Positions 1 through 8,855 of a stretch of 64,000 bases of DNA are shown one piece after another. Under the pieces are notes generated by a model. The model was not told the origin of the DNA and ran no database searches. It was given only the letters and a program-made list of their open reading frames with translations. The stretch is taken from positions 1 to 64,000 of the IMG/VR virus record IMGVR_UViG_3300008120_010803; one strand, 5' to 3'. Every line of letters begins with the position of its first letter. Positions within the stretch are counted from its first letter, which is position 1. This DNA is from a virus. A program made the translations under genes and the position numbers.

Positions 1-325
1 CACACCCACACCCACACCCACACCCACACCCACACCCACACCCACACCCACACCCACCCCAAGTCCTTTGCCTCCTATTCCTCCGTTTGCCCCACCAGCA
101 GCTTTCATGGAAAGAACAGTCGCAGAATCAGGATTGTTAAAAAATGATTTACAACAAGATAAGCTTCAGTTTACTTTTTATGTTGTTGAGGGAGCTAATA
201 ATCAACCTGAAATTGTATGTCTGGAAACTTCTCCTGAGATTAAATGTCTTGCAGGTCCATATGATTCTTATGATGTTGCTAAAAAAATACAAGAAAATTT
301 GACAAGTGTACCACCGACACCATAA
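1..325 (+). CDS. 3' part of a Pro/Thr-repeat protein, probably virion-associated (truncated by window edge)
   Basis: Frame of ORF 68..325 is open back to base 2 and reads (TP)10-SPLPPIPP... Confidence 0.7.
   Translation, partial: TPTPTPTPTPTPTPTPTPTPSPLPPIPPFAPPAAFMERTVAESGLLKNDLQQDKLQFTFYVVEGANNQPEIVCLETSPEIKCLAGPYDSYDVAKKIQENLTSVPPTP
2..60 (+). repeat. (ACACCC)n coding tandem repeat encoding Thr-Pro
   Basis: Nine perfect ACACCC units at 2-55 plus a partial unit. Confidence 0.95.
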
Positions 326-327
326 AA

Positions 328-969
328 TTGTTTATGATTACATTTGTAGAAAATTTTTATTCTAATGCAAATCAAATATACGATATTGTCTCTAAGCTAG
401 ATTACAAGCAAGAAACATTTGGAACACAAATAAAAGATTTTTATCTTGTTCCGCAAGGTATAGAACATGGATTTTCTCAAATACTAAATACAAGTATCAC
501 GCTTGGGAAACACTCTGGGTGTTTTCGTAAGCCATATGAATTTATTCATTTTGAAAATTTTGAACCTAAATCATTCTTTCTAGCAATAATTGCTTTAAGC
601 AAAACTAAATTCTACACTTACAGACATAAAGAAAAAAATTATTCGCAAGTAATACAAGTTCAAGAAAATATAGAAGAGTTTATAAGTAAAAATTGTAACA
701 ACAAATCGGCATGGGATGTCACATGTGAATTAAACATGTCTCCCGGAGACATGGTGCTCGTTAAGCCATGGTTCTGGCACTCAATTGATCCAAGTATTGT
801 AAATGTGTTTTATCTAGATATTCCAACAAATGATTCCACCCAAGAATCACAACAGGCAATAGAACAAGAACATGCTTCAGATAATCAGTTGAGTGCAAAG
901 TCTGATGCAATCGATGCAGAAAACATTTTGCCCACTCCAGATTCATGTTCAACTGATGGAACTTGCTAA
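328..969 (+). CDS. putative 2OG-Fe(II) oxygenase-like (DUF6445-like) protein
   Basis: N-terminal FVENFY, central FIHFE, C-terminal PWFWHS resemble double-stranded beta-helix oxygenase motifs. Confidence 0.45.
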   Translation: MFMITFVENFYSNANQIYDIVSKLDYKQETFGTQIKDFYLVPQGIEHGFSQILNTSITLGKHSGCFRKPYEFIHFENFEPKSFFLAIIALSKTKFYTYRHKEKNYSQVIQVQENIEEFISKNCNNKSAWDVTCELNMSPGDMVLVKPWFWHSIDPSIVNVFYLDIPTNDSTQESQQAIEQEHASDNQLSAKSDAIDAENILPTPDSCSTDGTC

Positions 970-980
970 GAAAGGCTCAA

Positions 981-2207
981 ATGCTAAAGATTTCTATATT
1001 CACTCCTACACATAATCCAATTCATTTACAAAGGCTATATGATAGCATAAAAACCCAAACCTACCAAAATTGGGAATGGGTTATTGTGCCAAATAATGGT
1101 GTAGAAATATCGTTAAGTCCTCCAGATGATAGAATAAAAATTTATCCTTGTGATCAATCTGGTAATATTGGGCTTTTGAAAAAATTTGCCTGCGAAAAGG
1201 CGACTGGTGATATTTTGGCAGAGGTTGATCATGATGACGAATTATTCTCAGATTGCTTGGAAGAAGTCGCAAAAGCTTTTCAAGACCCAACTATTGATTT
1301 TGCCTACTCAAACTGCGTTGATGTAGATAAAAACTGGAATTCACGCACATTTGGTCCAGACTTCGGCTGGAAGACCCGTCCATGCAACTACAAAGGCCGA
1401 CAACTCATACAAAATGTATCATTTCCTCCTGATGCAACTTCCATAAGCAAGATATGGTTTGCACCCAATCACATTCGTGCTTGGAGAGCAAATTTTTATC
1501 ATGGCATAGGAGGACACGACACATCTCTAGATGTTTGTGATGATCATGATATTGTTTGCAGAACATATATTCATGGAAAAATGTATCATATCAATAAGTG
1601 CCTATACTTATATCATCTACATGATGAAAACACATGCTATGGTGAAAAAAATGCTAAGATTCAAGAGATGACTCTTGACCTACATGATAAATACATCTAT
1701 CAAATAGTTGAAAAATGGTGTGACGAAAAAGGTCTCAAGAAAGTAGACTTATGTGGTGGTCATAGCAAGCCTTTGGGCTATACCAGCGTTGATATGCTGA
1801 ATGGTGATATCATAGCTGATTTAAACGAACGATGGCCGTTTGAAGATGGTGAAGTAGGTTTGTTCAGAGCACATGACGCACTAGAACACCTTAAAAATCC
1901 TATTCATACCATGAAAGAAGCATATCGTTGCTTGGCAGATAATGGTTGGTTTCTAACTATGACTCCATCAACAGACGGAAGAGGAGCATTCCAAGACCCA
2001 ACTCATGTTTCATTTTGGAATAGCAACAGTTTTTGGTACTATTGCAAATCCGATCAGGCAAGATACATAAACACTCCAGTTAGATTCCAGTTAAATAGAA
2101 TCAAAAACTTTTATCCAAATGATTTCTGCAAATTCCATGAGATCGTTTATGTTAAGGCCGATTTAGTTAAATTCACTTCAGATACCCCCGGACTCAAGGA
2201 AATCTAA
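981..2207 (+). CDS. GT2 glycosyltransferase fused to C-terminal SAM methyltransferase-like domain
   Basis: ISIFTPTHN, EVDHDD (DxD), CDDHD; C-terminal DLCGG, WPFEDG, HDALEH, AFQDPTH; ATG 981 follows AAGG. Confidence 0.85.
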   Translation: MLKISIFTPTHNPIHLQRLYDSIKTQTYQNWEWVIVPNNGVEISLSPPDDRIKIYPCDQSGNIGLLKKFACEKATGDILAEVDHDDELFSDCLEEVAKAFQDPTIDFAYSNCVDVDKNWNSRTFGPDFGWKTRPCNYKGRQLIQNVSFPPDATSISKIWFAPNHIRAWRANFYHGIGGHDTSLDVCDDHDIVCRTYIHGKMYHINKCLYLYHLHDENTCYGEKNAKIQEMTLDLHDKYIYQIVEKWCDEKGLKKVDLCGGHSKPLGYTSVDMLNGDIIADLNERWPFEDGEVGLFRAHDALEHLKNPIHTMKEAYRCLADNGWFLTMTPSTDGRGAFQDPTHVSFWNSNSFWYYCKSDQARYINTPVRFQLNRIKNFYPNDFCKFHEIVYVKADLVKFTSDTPGLKEI

Positions 2208-2581
2208 TGGATGTCAAAACACTAGAAGAACTACCTAAGACAGTAGTTTGCGATATTGATGGATGCATTTTTAAACATATGGGCAATCTACCAAATATGA
2301 TTTTGGGAACGCCTGAGATTTGTCCTAATGTAAAAGAACAATTCGATTTGTGGGACAAAAAGGCTTATAAAATTATCCTCCTTACTGGCAGAAGAGAAAG
2401 TATGAGAGATGTAACTGAAAGGCAACTACGGTCATTCGGGCTTTTCTGGGATGTTCTGGTTATGAATGCCACCAGAGGACAAAGAATTTTGGTGAATGAC
2501 ATCAAACCCGGAATAGACGGAAAGACAGCGGTGGCTCACAATTTAGAAAGAAATCAAGGGTTTGTCGAACTTATTGCTTGA
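2207..2581 (+). CDS. HAD-superfamily phosphatase
   Basis: CDIDG motif I, LLTGR motif II, LVND motif IV. Confidence 0.8.
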   Translation: MDVKTLEELPKTVVCDIDGCIFKHMGNLPNMILGTPEICPNVKEQFDLWDKKAYKIILLTGRRESMRDVTERQLRSFGLFWDVLVMNATRGQRILVNDIKPGIDGKTAVAHNLERNQGFVELIA

Positions 2582-3551
2582 AAATAATCTCACTTCCCGT
2601 ATGTGAAAATCTAACCGGCAAGACTTTGAATGCATTCATATTGTTTAAAAATCTTTCCTGTTCAGACTCGCTAACATAAAAAAGAATAAAACCCCCACCA
2701 CCAGCACCCAACAACTTACCACCTGAAGCACCGTTCTTTTTTCCAAACAGATACAAATCATCAATTTTTGGATTTGATATATTCTCAGCATATTTCTTCT
2801 TCAGTTTCCAAGCTTCGTCTAATAGTGCGCCAAAGTTACTTAAATTATCCTCCAGTATATCTTTTTCAAGCAATTTTGCCATATCAACAATTTTGCCTAT
2901 TGCCTCTTTCGTTTGAGCGTTAGTGCGTGTATTTTTTTCTTGCACAGATAAAATATCATCAGCTGATCTGTTGATCCCCGTATAAACTAAAAACAAATTT
3001 TTTTGTAAGGCATCGTATGTTTTTGTTTTGCAATTGATTCTCTTGACCGATATTTCCTTTTTACTGAACCTTATAGAAATTAAACCACCGTAAACAGCAA
3101 AATACTGATCTTGTTTTCCGATGGGCTTACCAAGTTTTTCGATTTCTAATTGACAAGTTTTTTCTGCTAATATTTTATCTTCTAAAATTTTACCAGTCTT
3201 GTAGTAATGAACTGCTTTTAACAGCCCAGCACAGTAACTTGAGCTTGAACCCATGCCTGTTCCATTACTAGGGACATCTGACATACTTGAAATTTCAAAA
3301 TGATTTTGAATGTCATAATCTAATAAAACTTGCCTAGCAATATCGTGTTTTATCAACTTACTATTTTCAACTATTTCTGCTTTCGAATAGCTAACCCGAA
3401 CATCTTGATCAAATTTTTCATTTACATTTATGTAAATATACTTTTGGATTGTAGCACCAAGGACCAAGCCTTCTTGCTCTTCGTAAAATGCTGGAAAGTC
3501 GCTGCCTCCACCTAAAAAACTAATTCGTAGAGGAGTTCTGGTTATAATCAT
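2571..3551 (-). CDS. hddA: GHMP sugar kinase, D-glycero-D-manno-heptose-7-phosphate kinase-like
   Basis: TPLRISFLGGGSD, PSNGTGMGSSS, GKQDQY, GGKLLGAGGGG. Confidence 0.85.
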   Translation of the reverse strand: MIITRTPLRISFLGGGSDFPAFYEEQEGLVLGATIQKYIYINVNEKFDQDVRVSYSKAEIVENSKLIKHDIARQVLLDYDIQNHFEISSMSDVPSNGTGMGSSSSYCAGLLKAVHYYKTGKILEDKILAEKTCQLEIEKLGKPIGKQDQYFAVYGGLISIRFSKKEISVKRINCKTKTYDALQKNLFLVYTGINRSADDILSVQEKNTRTNAQTKEAIGKIVDMAKLLEKDILEDNLSNFGALLDEAWKLKKKYAENISNPKIDDLYLFGKKNGASGGKLLGAGGGGFILFYVSESEQERFLNNMNAFKVLPVRFSHTGSEIIFKQ

Positions 3552-4251
3552 AAAATAATTTTTTCAATTTTTCGTAGTTTACAAAAGTCCCCATATCAAT
3601 AAAATAATCATCATCTCCAATCTCTTGATGATAAACTTTTATTTTATCTTCGATACATCTTGGTAAAAAATCTTTTGCTATATCAAATAGATTATCGTTC
3701 TTATATTTTTCTATAACATTTTTATTGATAATAATAATTCCAGCATTTATTAAGTTAGATGTACATTCTTCTTTACTTGGCTTTTCAATTATTTTTTGGA
3801 CTCTATTTTTATTGTCACAAAATAAAACTCCTCCCGTCCAAGGAGTTTCACTTTTGCCGGATAAAATTGTGATGTCAGCTTTTGTATTTTCGTGTTGTTC
3901 AAATAGCTGTTTTAAATTTGCATTTGTTACGACATCTCCATAAACAACGCAAATTTGGTCATCTAAGAAATCAATAGCGTTTACGATTCCACCAAATGTA
4001 CCAAGTATATCTTCTTCTTCAGACACCAATATATTTTTTGTTGAATTTTTAACAAATTCCACAATTAATTCTTTTTTCCAAAAAGCATTGCAAATATGTT
4101 TTTTTATCTCATGTTTTTCTAACCAATCAATTATCAAATCTAAAACAGTATTTTTGTCATCTACCAATAATAAACACTTTGGAGAATTAAGTGTTATTGG
4201 ATATAACCTAGTAGCTTTGCCAGCACAAAGAATAAAAGATTGATTAATCAA
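3520..4251 (-). CDS. sugar-phosphate nucleotidyltransferase (HddC/mannose-1-P guanylyltransferase-like)
   Basis: ILCAGKATRLYP..PK, LGTFG, YGD, IIEKP, INAG, IDMGT. Confidence 0.85.
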   Translation of the reverse strand: MINQSFILCAGKATRLYPITLNSPKCLLLVDDKNTVLDLIIDWLEKHEIKKHICNAFWKKELIVEFVKNSTKNILVSEEEDILGTFGGIVNAIDFLDDQICVVYGDVVTNANLKQLFEQHENTKADITILSGKSETPWTGGVLFCDNKNRVQKIIEKPSKEECTSNLINAGIIIINKNVIEKYKNDNLFDIAKDFLPRCIEDKIKVYHQEIGDDDYFIDMGTFVNYEKLKKLFYDYNQNSSTN

Positions 4252-5459
4252 TCAACAACCTCTACACAAGGGAAATATTTGATAAATTTATGCGATATAT
4301 CTGTATTTTTCAATACATTATTGTGTATCTCATCATAAAAATTCCACGCTAGACACACAATTGCAACGGGATTTTTTTCTTGATACAGCTGTGTTGGGCT
4401 AGAAATAGGAATATCCATGCCGGGGGTGAGATAGCCCCATTTCAAACTATTATCGTCAACGATGTAGTCCAATTTTTTATTCAACCAGTTCAGTAGAGTA
4501 TTGCCTTTTGCAGATGCCCCATAACCAATCACCTTCATATTTTGTGATTTGAAGTATGCAATCTGGTTGAGGAGGTCTTCTTTAATTTTATTTGCGTTCT
4601 TTGCAAACCCTAAATAAGAATCAAAACTATTCCTGTTAAGTTGAATTTCTTCTAGGATCATAGCCTTGTACTCATCACAATCTTCACCTTCTATAGATAA
4701 TTCAAATACGAAACACATGGAGTGAATAGGAGCTTTCCAAGCACCCGTAATTTGAAAACCAAGAGTTTTGGCCATGCGTCCAAAAGACAAAGCAGTAAAA
4801 TAAGAAACATGTTCGTGATAAATTGCATCAAATTCATTATTCAAGAACATGTTACATTGTGATGTTTGAATATATATTTTTCCGTCCGGTTTCAGAACTT
4901 TTTTACACCAAGCCAAGAAAGAAACAGGGTCTGGCACATGTGGTAATACATGAATTGCCATCACGATGTCAAATGAATTGGCTTCAGCAACTTCCGCTGC
5001 GGTTTTTTCATTCCAAAAATCAACTATAACATCTAGCTTTCTTTTTCTGGATAATTCTCTCAGATTTGCAGCTGGATCAATTCCAAGACAATTAGCACCT
5101 TTTTGAGCAAACATTTCTAGAAACAAACCAGAATTACAAGCAATTTCAAATACACTCAGTTGCTTATTTTGATTTCTATTCAATATTTTTTCACACATTG
5201 ATTCAAAATATTCTGTTAGTGTTTGACTAGTATCGCTGATATACAAATAATGCTCGAACATTTCTTTCGGATCGACGGAAGCTGTAAGCTGACTGTGTGA
5301 ACAATTGCTACAATATTGAACAGCTAATGGATAGTGTGGCAACCGTACTCCATGATGATAAGAGTTTGCTAAAGGCTGCAATCCAAAATCTAAATACTCT
5401 CTAAGATAATTGCTTTCCTTACAAGCAACGCATTCCTTCAATAAATCATATTTTCCCAT
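4248..5459 (-). CDS. NDP-hexose C-methyltransferase
   Basis: Zn-binding CVAC...CSNC, LDFGLQPLANS, EIACNSG, IYHEH, GYGASAKGNTLL. Confidence 0.85.
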   Translation of the reverse strand: MGKYDLLKECVACKESNYLREYLDFGLQPLANSYHHGVRLPHYPLAVQYCSNCSHSQLTASVDPKEMFEHYLYISDTSQTLTEYFESMCEKILNRNQNKQLSVFEIACNSGLFLEMFAQKGANCLGIDPAANLRELSRKRKLDVIVDFWNEKTAAEVAEANSFDIVMAIHVLPHVPDPVSFLAWCKKVLKPDGKIYIQTSQCNMFLNNEFDAIYHEHVSYFTALSFGRMAKTLGFQITGAWKAPIHSMCFVFELSIEGEDCDEYKAMILEEIQLNRNSFDSYLGFAKNANKIKEDLLNQIAYFKSQNMKVIGYGASAKGNTLLNWLNKKLDYIVDDNSLKWGYLTPGMDIPISSPTQLYQEKNPVAIVCLAWNFYDEIHNNVLKNTDISHKFIKYFPCVEVVD

Positions 5460-6354
5460 GGATTACCGATGCCTTTCTTGCAGGAAAATCTTTATGATAA
5501 ATAATTTCTTGATGGTCTTTTATCGATGTGACAATAGATTCGACTGTGTCAAAAAACTCAAAGTCATATGCTTTTTTGAATTTATCACTATTGATGCAAA
5601 AATCATATGATCCCAATCCGGGAGTTTCATTCACTTTACATTCTAAGATATCAGAAACAGCTTCTCCTACTTTTCTAATATTGACATTAAAACTTGCCAA
5701 GTTATAGATTCCTCTCTTATCTTCTTGGCATTCAACTATTTTATTAACAGCATTAAGCAAGTCACGCATACCCAAAATTGGCCTATAATTGGCACCATTT
5801 GACACATGCAATTCTCTTTGCTTCAAACCATTTACTGTCATTGAATTTATCATCAAATCAGACCTGAAATTTTCTGACCATCCATTAACACTACCAAATC
5901 TTAAACCATAATACTCACAGGGATTAAATGTCTGCATATATTGGTCAATAGTAGCTTTGCTATATGAAAGCATATCATTTGGATTTAAAGAATCGGTCTC
6001 GACTGCACCGACTAAATCAGTTTTGACATAAACACAAGAAGAACTTGCATAAATTAATTTTTGATTTTTATTTAATTTTTGTACAAAATTTATAAAATTA
6101 TATACATTATTTTGCAAAGCACCAGCATGATCTTCATTACAAAGCGGGACGGAAGAGTGTGCTGCTGTCAAAATAAATATATCGAACTTCTCTAGATCGT
6201 TTTTTTCTAACTTATTGTAGTTACAACACCAATTCATAGAGTTGTTGCAACCAAAAAGGTTTAGATCACAACTCCAAACATTGTGTTTATCACGAAATCG
6301 ATCAAACAAAGCGCTGCCAATATATCCACATCCACCAACAAGTAATATATTCAT
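5446..6354 (-). CDS. NAD-dependent epimerase/dehydratase (extended SDR)
   Basis: GGCGYIG, YASSSCVY, LRFGSVNG. Confidence 0.85.
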   Translation of the reverse strand: MNILLVGGCGYIGSALFDRFRDKHNVWSCDLNLFGCNNSMNWCCNYNKLEKNDLEKFDIFILTAAHSSVPLCNEDHAGALQNNVYNFINFVQKLNKNQKLIYASSSCVYVKTDLVGAVETDSLNPNDMLSYSKATIDQYMQTFNPCEYYGLRFGSVNGWSENFRSDLMINSMTVNGLKQRELHVSNGANYRPILGMRDLLNAVNKIVECQEDKRGIYNLASFNVNIRKVGEAVSDILECKVNETPGLGSYDFCINSDKFKKAYDFEFFDTVESIVTSIKDHQEIIYHKDFPARKASVIHGKI

Positions 6355-6363
6355 AGGTGTCTC

Positions 6364-7797
6364 CTAGTATTTGATTCCATACTGCGAAAGTATAGGTCTC
6401 AAATCCTCTGTTTTTGAAACACAATCCATGTAGGCATTTTTCTCTTCTTCAGGTGTCCATCGATGTTGAACGCCATTGATAATAGATTCTCTGCTAGAAG
6501 GGTCTATTGATGGCATCTTGTTCCTGATTTGTCTTCTACGAGCTAAAAGCTTTTCTGTGTATGGTGACCAACCATACCAAACGACAGCCAATCGTTCTTC
6601 CGGGTGAGATACCCAATAATGCCTGCCTGCCTCATATGGCTCTGGACTGTTATGCAACAGTCGTGTGTACCGCAAATTAAAACTGTTTTCGAAATTCAAA
6701 CCATGATATTTCTGTTCTAGCAAAGGAATATCGTAGTTTGCTATCTTTTCTGACTCTCCGGGTGGATCAACCATGGCCAAACAACGCATATAAACCTTGG
6801 AAGGAGCATTTGGCTGATCTAAGAAACCAAGATCACCGATCAAAAATTCTGTAGTATTCAAAGCCATTTTATATCCATCGATATAAGCCATGATGTCCAT
6901 GACTTCTTCGTCTACTTGCAAGGCTAAAAACTCTTTGTTTCTGGACGGCACAATAGTCCATGTTGGGCATAGTTCTCTTATGATTTCAACTGAACGGTCT
7001 GTTGATGCATAATCAATCATAATTCCATGGTCGAAAATTTCCCGATGATGCTTGCACCACCAAGGTAAAAGATATTCTTCGTTGTAAAAATGACTTATTA
7101 CTGTTTTTCTTAATTTCTTTTCTGGATACTTTGAGCCAGCAAAAACATAATGGCCACCACCGCTTGGACGATTGTGCTCAAAAACTGGATACTTAATGAT
7201 AGAAAAATATTTACTTATTTTTTCTGCCCACCACTCTCTTGGAAACACACTTTGATGGTACTCTATTTCGGGAGTGTTGCCATGACCCAAACTACTGAAG
7301 AGTGCAACATTTCCAAGGAAAATACCCCCTTCCTCCAAATGATTGGCAACCATTTGTAATGCTAAATCAACACTATCAGGATGAATATGTTCAAGAACAT
7401 CCCAAGTACTAATAACATCAAACTTTAGAGGTTTGCCATTTTCTTGAATTTGATATGGTTTTGAAAGGTCGCAAGTGAACAAGACCTCATTATAATGCTT
7501 TTGCCAGTTCTCATGTCCAGCTGGCAAAAAGCCTCGTTGTTGTACGATCTCAGGCTTTGGATTCAAGCATTGATCAGACCCATCTACACCTACAGCTAGA
7601 TGACCTCTTCGATGAAACTCAAGAGCCAAATTGCCACCAGCACAGCCAATATCTAAGAACTTTATTGGCCTTCGAAAAAGGTGTTCTATTTGAGCTACAA
7701 ATTTATGATTAACACGGTTATCAAAATATACGCCTTCTGGATAAATGAAGTCGTTACTGTAGTCTGCTAAAGGGTATTCAGTTTTGATTGAAATCAT
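6364..7797 (-). CDS. SAM methyltransferase fused to GT2-like glycosyltransferase domain
   Basis: LDIGCAGG, WDVLEH; C-terminal HFYNEEYLLPWW...IDYASTDRS. Confidence 0.8.
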   Translation of the reverse strand: MISIKTEYPLADYSNDFIYPEGVYFDNRVNHKFVAQIEHLFRRPIKFLDIGCAGGNLALEFHRRGHLAVGVDGSDQCLNPKPEIVQQRGFLPAGHENWQKHYNEVLFTCDLSKPYQIQENGKPLKFDVISTWDVLEHIHPDSVDLALQMVANHLEEGGIFLGNVALFSSLGHGNTPEIEYHQSVFPREWWAEKISKYFSIIKYPVFEHNRPSGGGHYVFAGSKYPEKKLRKTVISHFYNEEYLLPWWCKHHREIFDHGIMIDYASTDRSVEIIRELCPTWTIVPSRNKEFLALQVDEEVMDIMAYIDGYKMALNTTEFLIGDLGFLDQPNAPSKVYMRCLAMVDPPGESEKIANYDIPLLEQKYHGLNFENSFNLRYTRLLHNSPEPYEAGRHYWVSHPEERLAVVWYGWSPYTEKLLARRRQIRNKMPSIDPSSRESIINGVQHRWTPEEEKNAYMDCVSKTEDLRPILSQYGIKY

Positions 7798-7906
7798 AAT
7801 TACCTCTATAAATTATAGAGAATTATGTTCAATAAACAAAACAAGGCAGATCATTTATTTTTTATAAAATATTTACTCAAAATTTATGATTAGTCTACCG
7901 TTATAA

Positions 7907-8791
7907 CTAGTCAAGAGTAATTGGTAGGATGTCACCATATCTTGTTATCAACTGTTCTTTCCAATCCTTCAAGTCTTGATTTCCTTCTGTCAATAATGTA
8001 TCCCCGTCTAATTGAACTCCACCACCGGGACCGGGAGGATTTTTAATTTTACTGCGGATTCTTCCGAGCATGATCTTTGCATAAGCCAACGCTCCTTCTT
8101 GCATCACAGATTGTACTCTTGGCCAGTCCATATTTTTTTGCAGGTAGTGTACAACAACTCTGTGGTTTCTATATGGAATTGGATAAAGCTTGATATGTTG
8201 ATATCCACCGTACCATTCCCATCCACCTAAATTGGAAGCCAATCTACTATAAGTTTGCTCGTACCCCTTGTAAAGGCTCCACTCACCCATTCTGCCCCAT
8301 ATTGGTTGTACTGGGTCAATAAGGCCACCCTGAATTGAAGCATATGCACCACCGGGATAAAAATACTCAACAGGCAATGCACCACCTAAGTCACTTGACT
8401 GAAAAGCAAAAGTTCCTGTTTCTTTGTAGAAAACATTTCTGATGTAACCAACATCCGCTGGCATTTCATAAATACTTTGCCCCGGAATAGTATTGAAAAC
8501 ATAATATCTGAAGAATTCTCTAGGAGCCCATTCTTCAAGAACTTGAAGTGCCAAATCTACTGCTGCATCTAATTGTTGTTCATCAAGCTCGATTGTTACT
8601 ACTGGTGCGCCAAGCATCAACAAAATGAAATCTTTTAATTGCGACTTTACTTTTGATCGATTTGGTCTTGAACTTAATTTTGCAACATCTAGCGGATCAG
8701 AAACGCCTAAATTATAGTTTTTCTGATTGCAATTTGCGTTTTGACTAGGCTTTTTGATATAAAGCGTATTTGGATTTGTGTAGGTGCTCAT
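7907..8791 (-). CDS. neck protein, T4 gp13-like
   Basis: LKDFILLMLGAPVVTIELDEQQLD resembles gp13 N-terminus; C-terminal LGRIRSK..PGPGGGVQLDG. Confidence 0.85.
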   Translation of the reverse strand: MSTYTNPNTLYIKKPSQNANCNQKNYNLGVSDPLDVAKLSSRPNRSKVKSQLKDFILLMLGAPVVTIELDEQQLDAAVDLALQVLEEWAPREFFRYYVFNTIPGQSIYEMPADVGYIRNVFYKETGTFAFQSSDLGGALPVEYFYPGGAYASIQGGLIDPVQPIWGRMGEWSLYKGYEQTYSRLASNLGGWEWYGGYQHIKLYPIPYRNHRVVVHYLQKNMDWPRVQSVMQEGALAYAKIMLGRIRSKIKNPPGPGGGVQLDGDTLLTEGNQDLKDWKEQLITRYGDILPITLD

Positions 8792-8855
8792 ACAAATATG
8801 TATCAAATTTTCCTAAAAAGTTGATAACTACATTATAAAGAAAAAGGAATCTAAC

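Noticed and set aside
1-60. ACACCC repeat as a telomere-like end, CRISPR array or reverse-transcriptase product
   Set aside because: It is in frame with the downstream ORF, encodes Thr-Pro and has no spacers.
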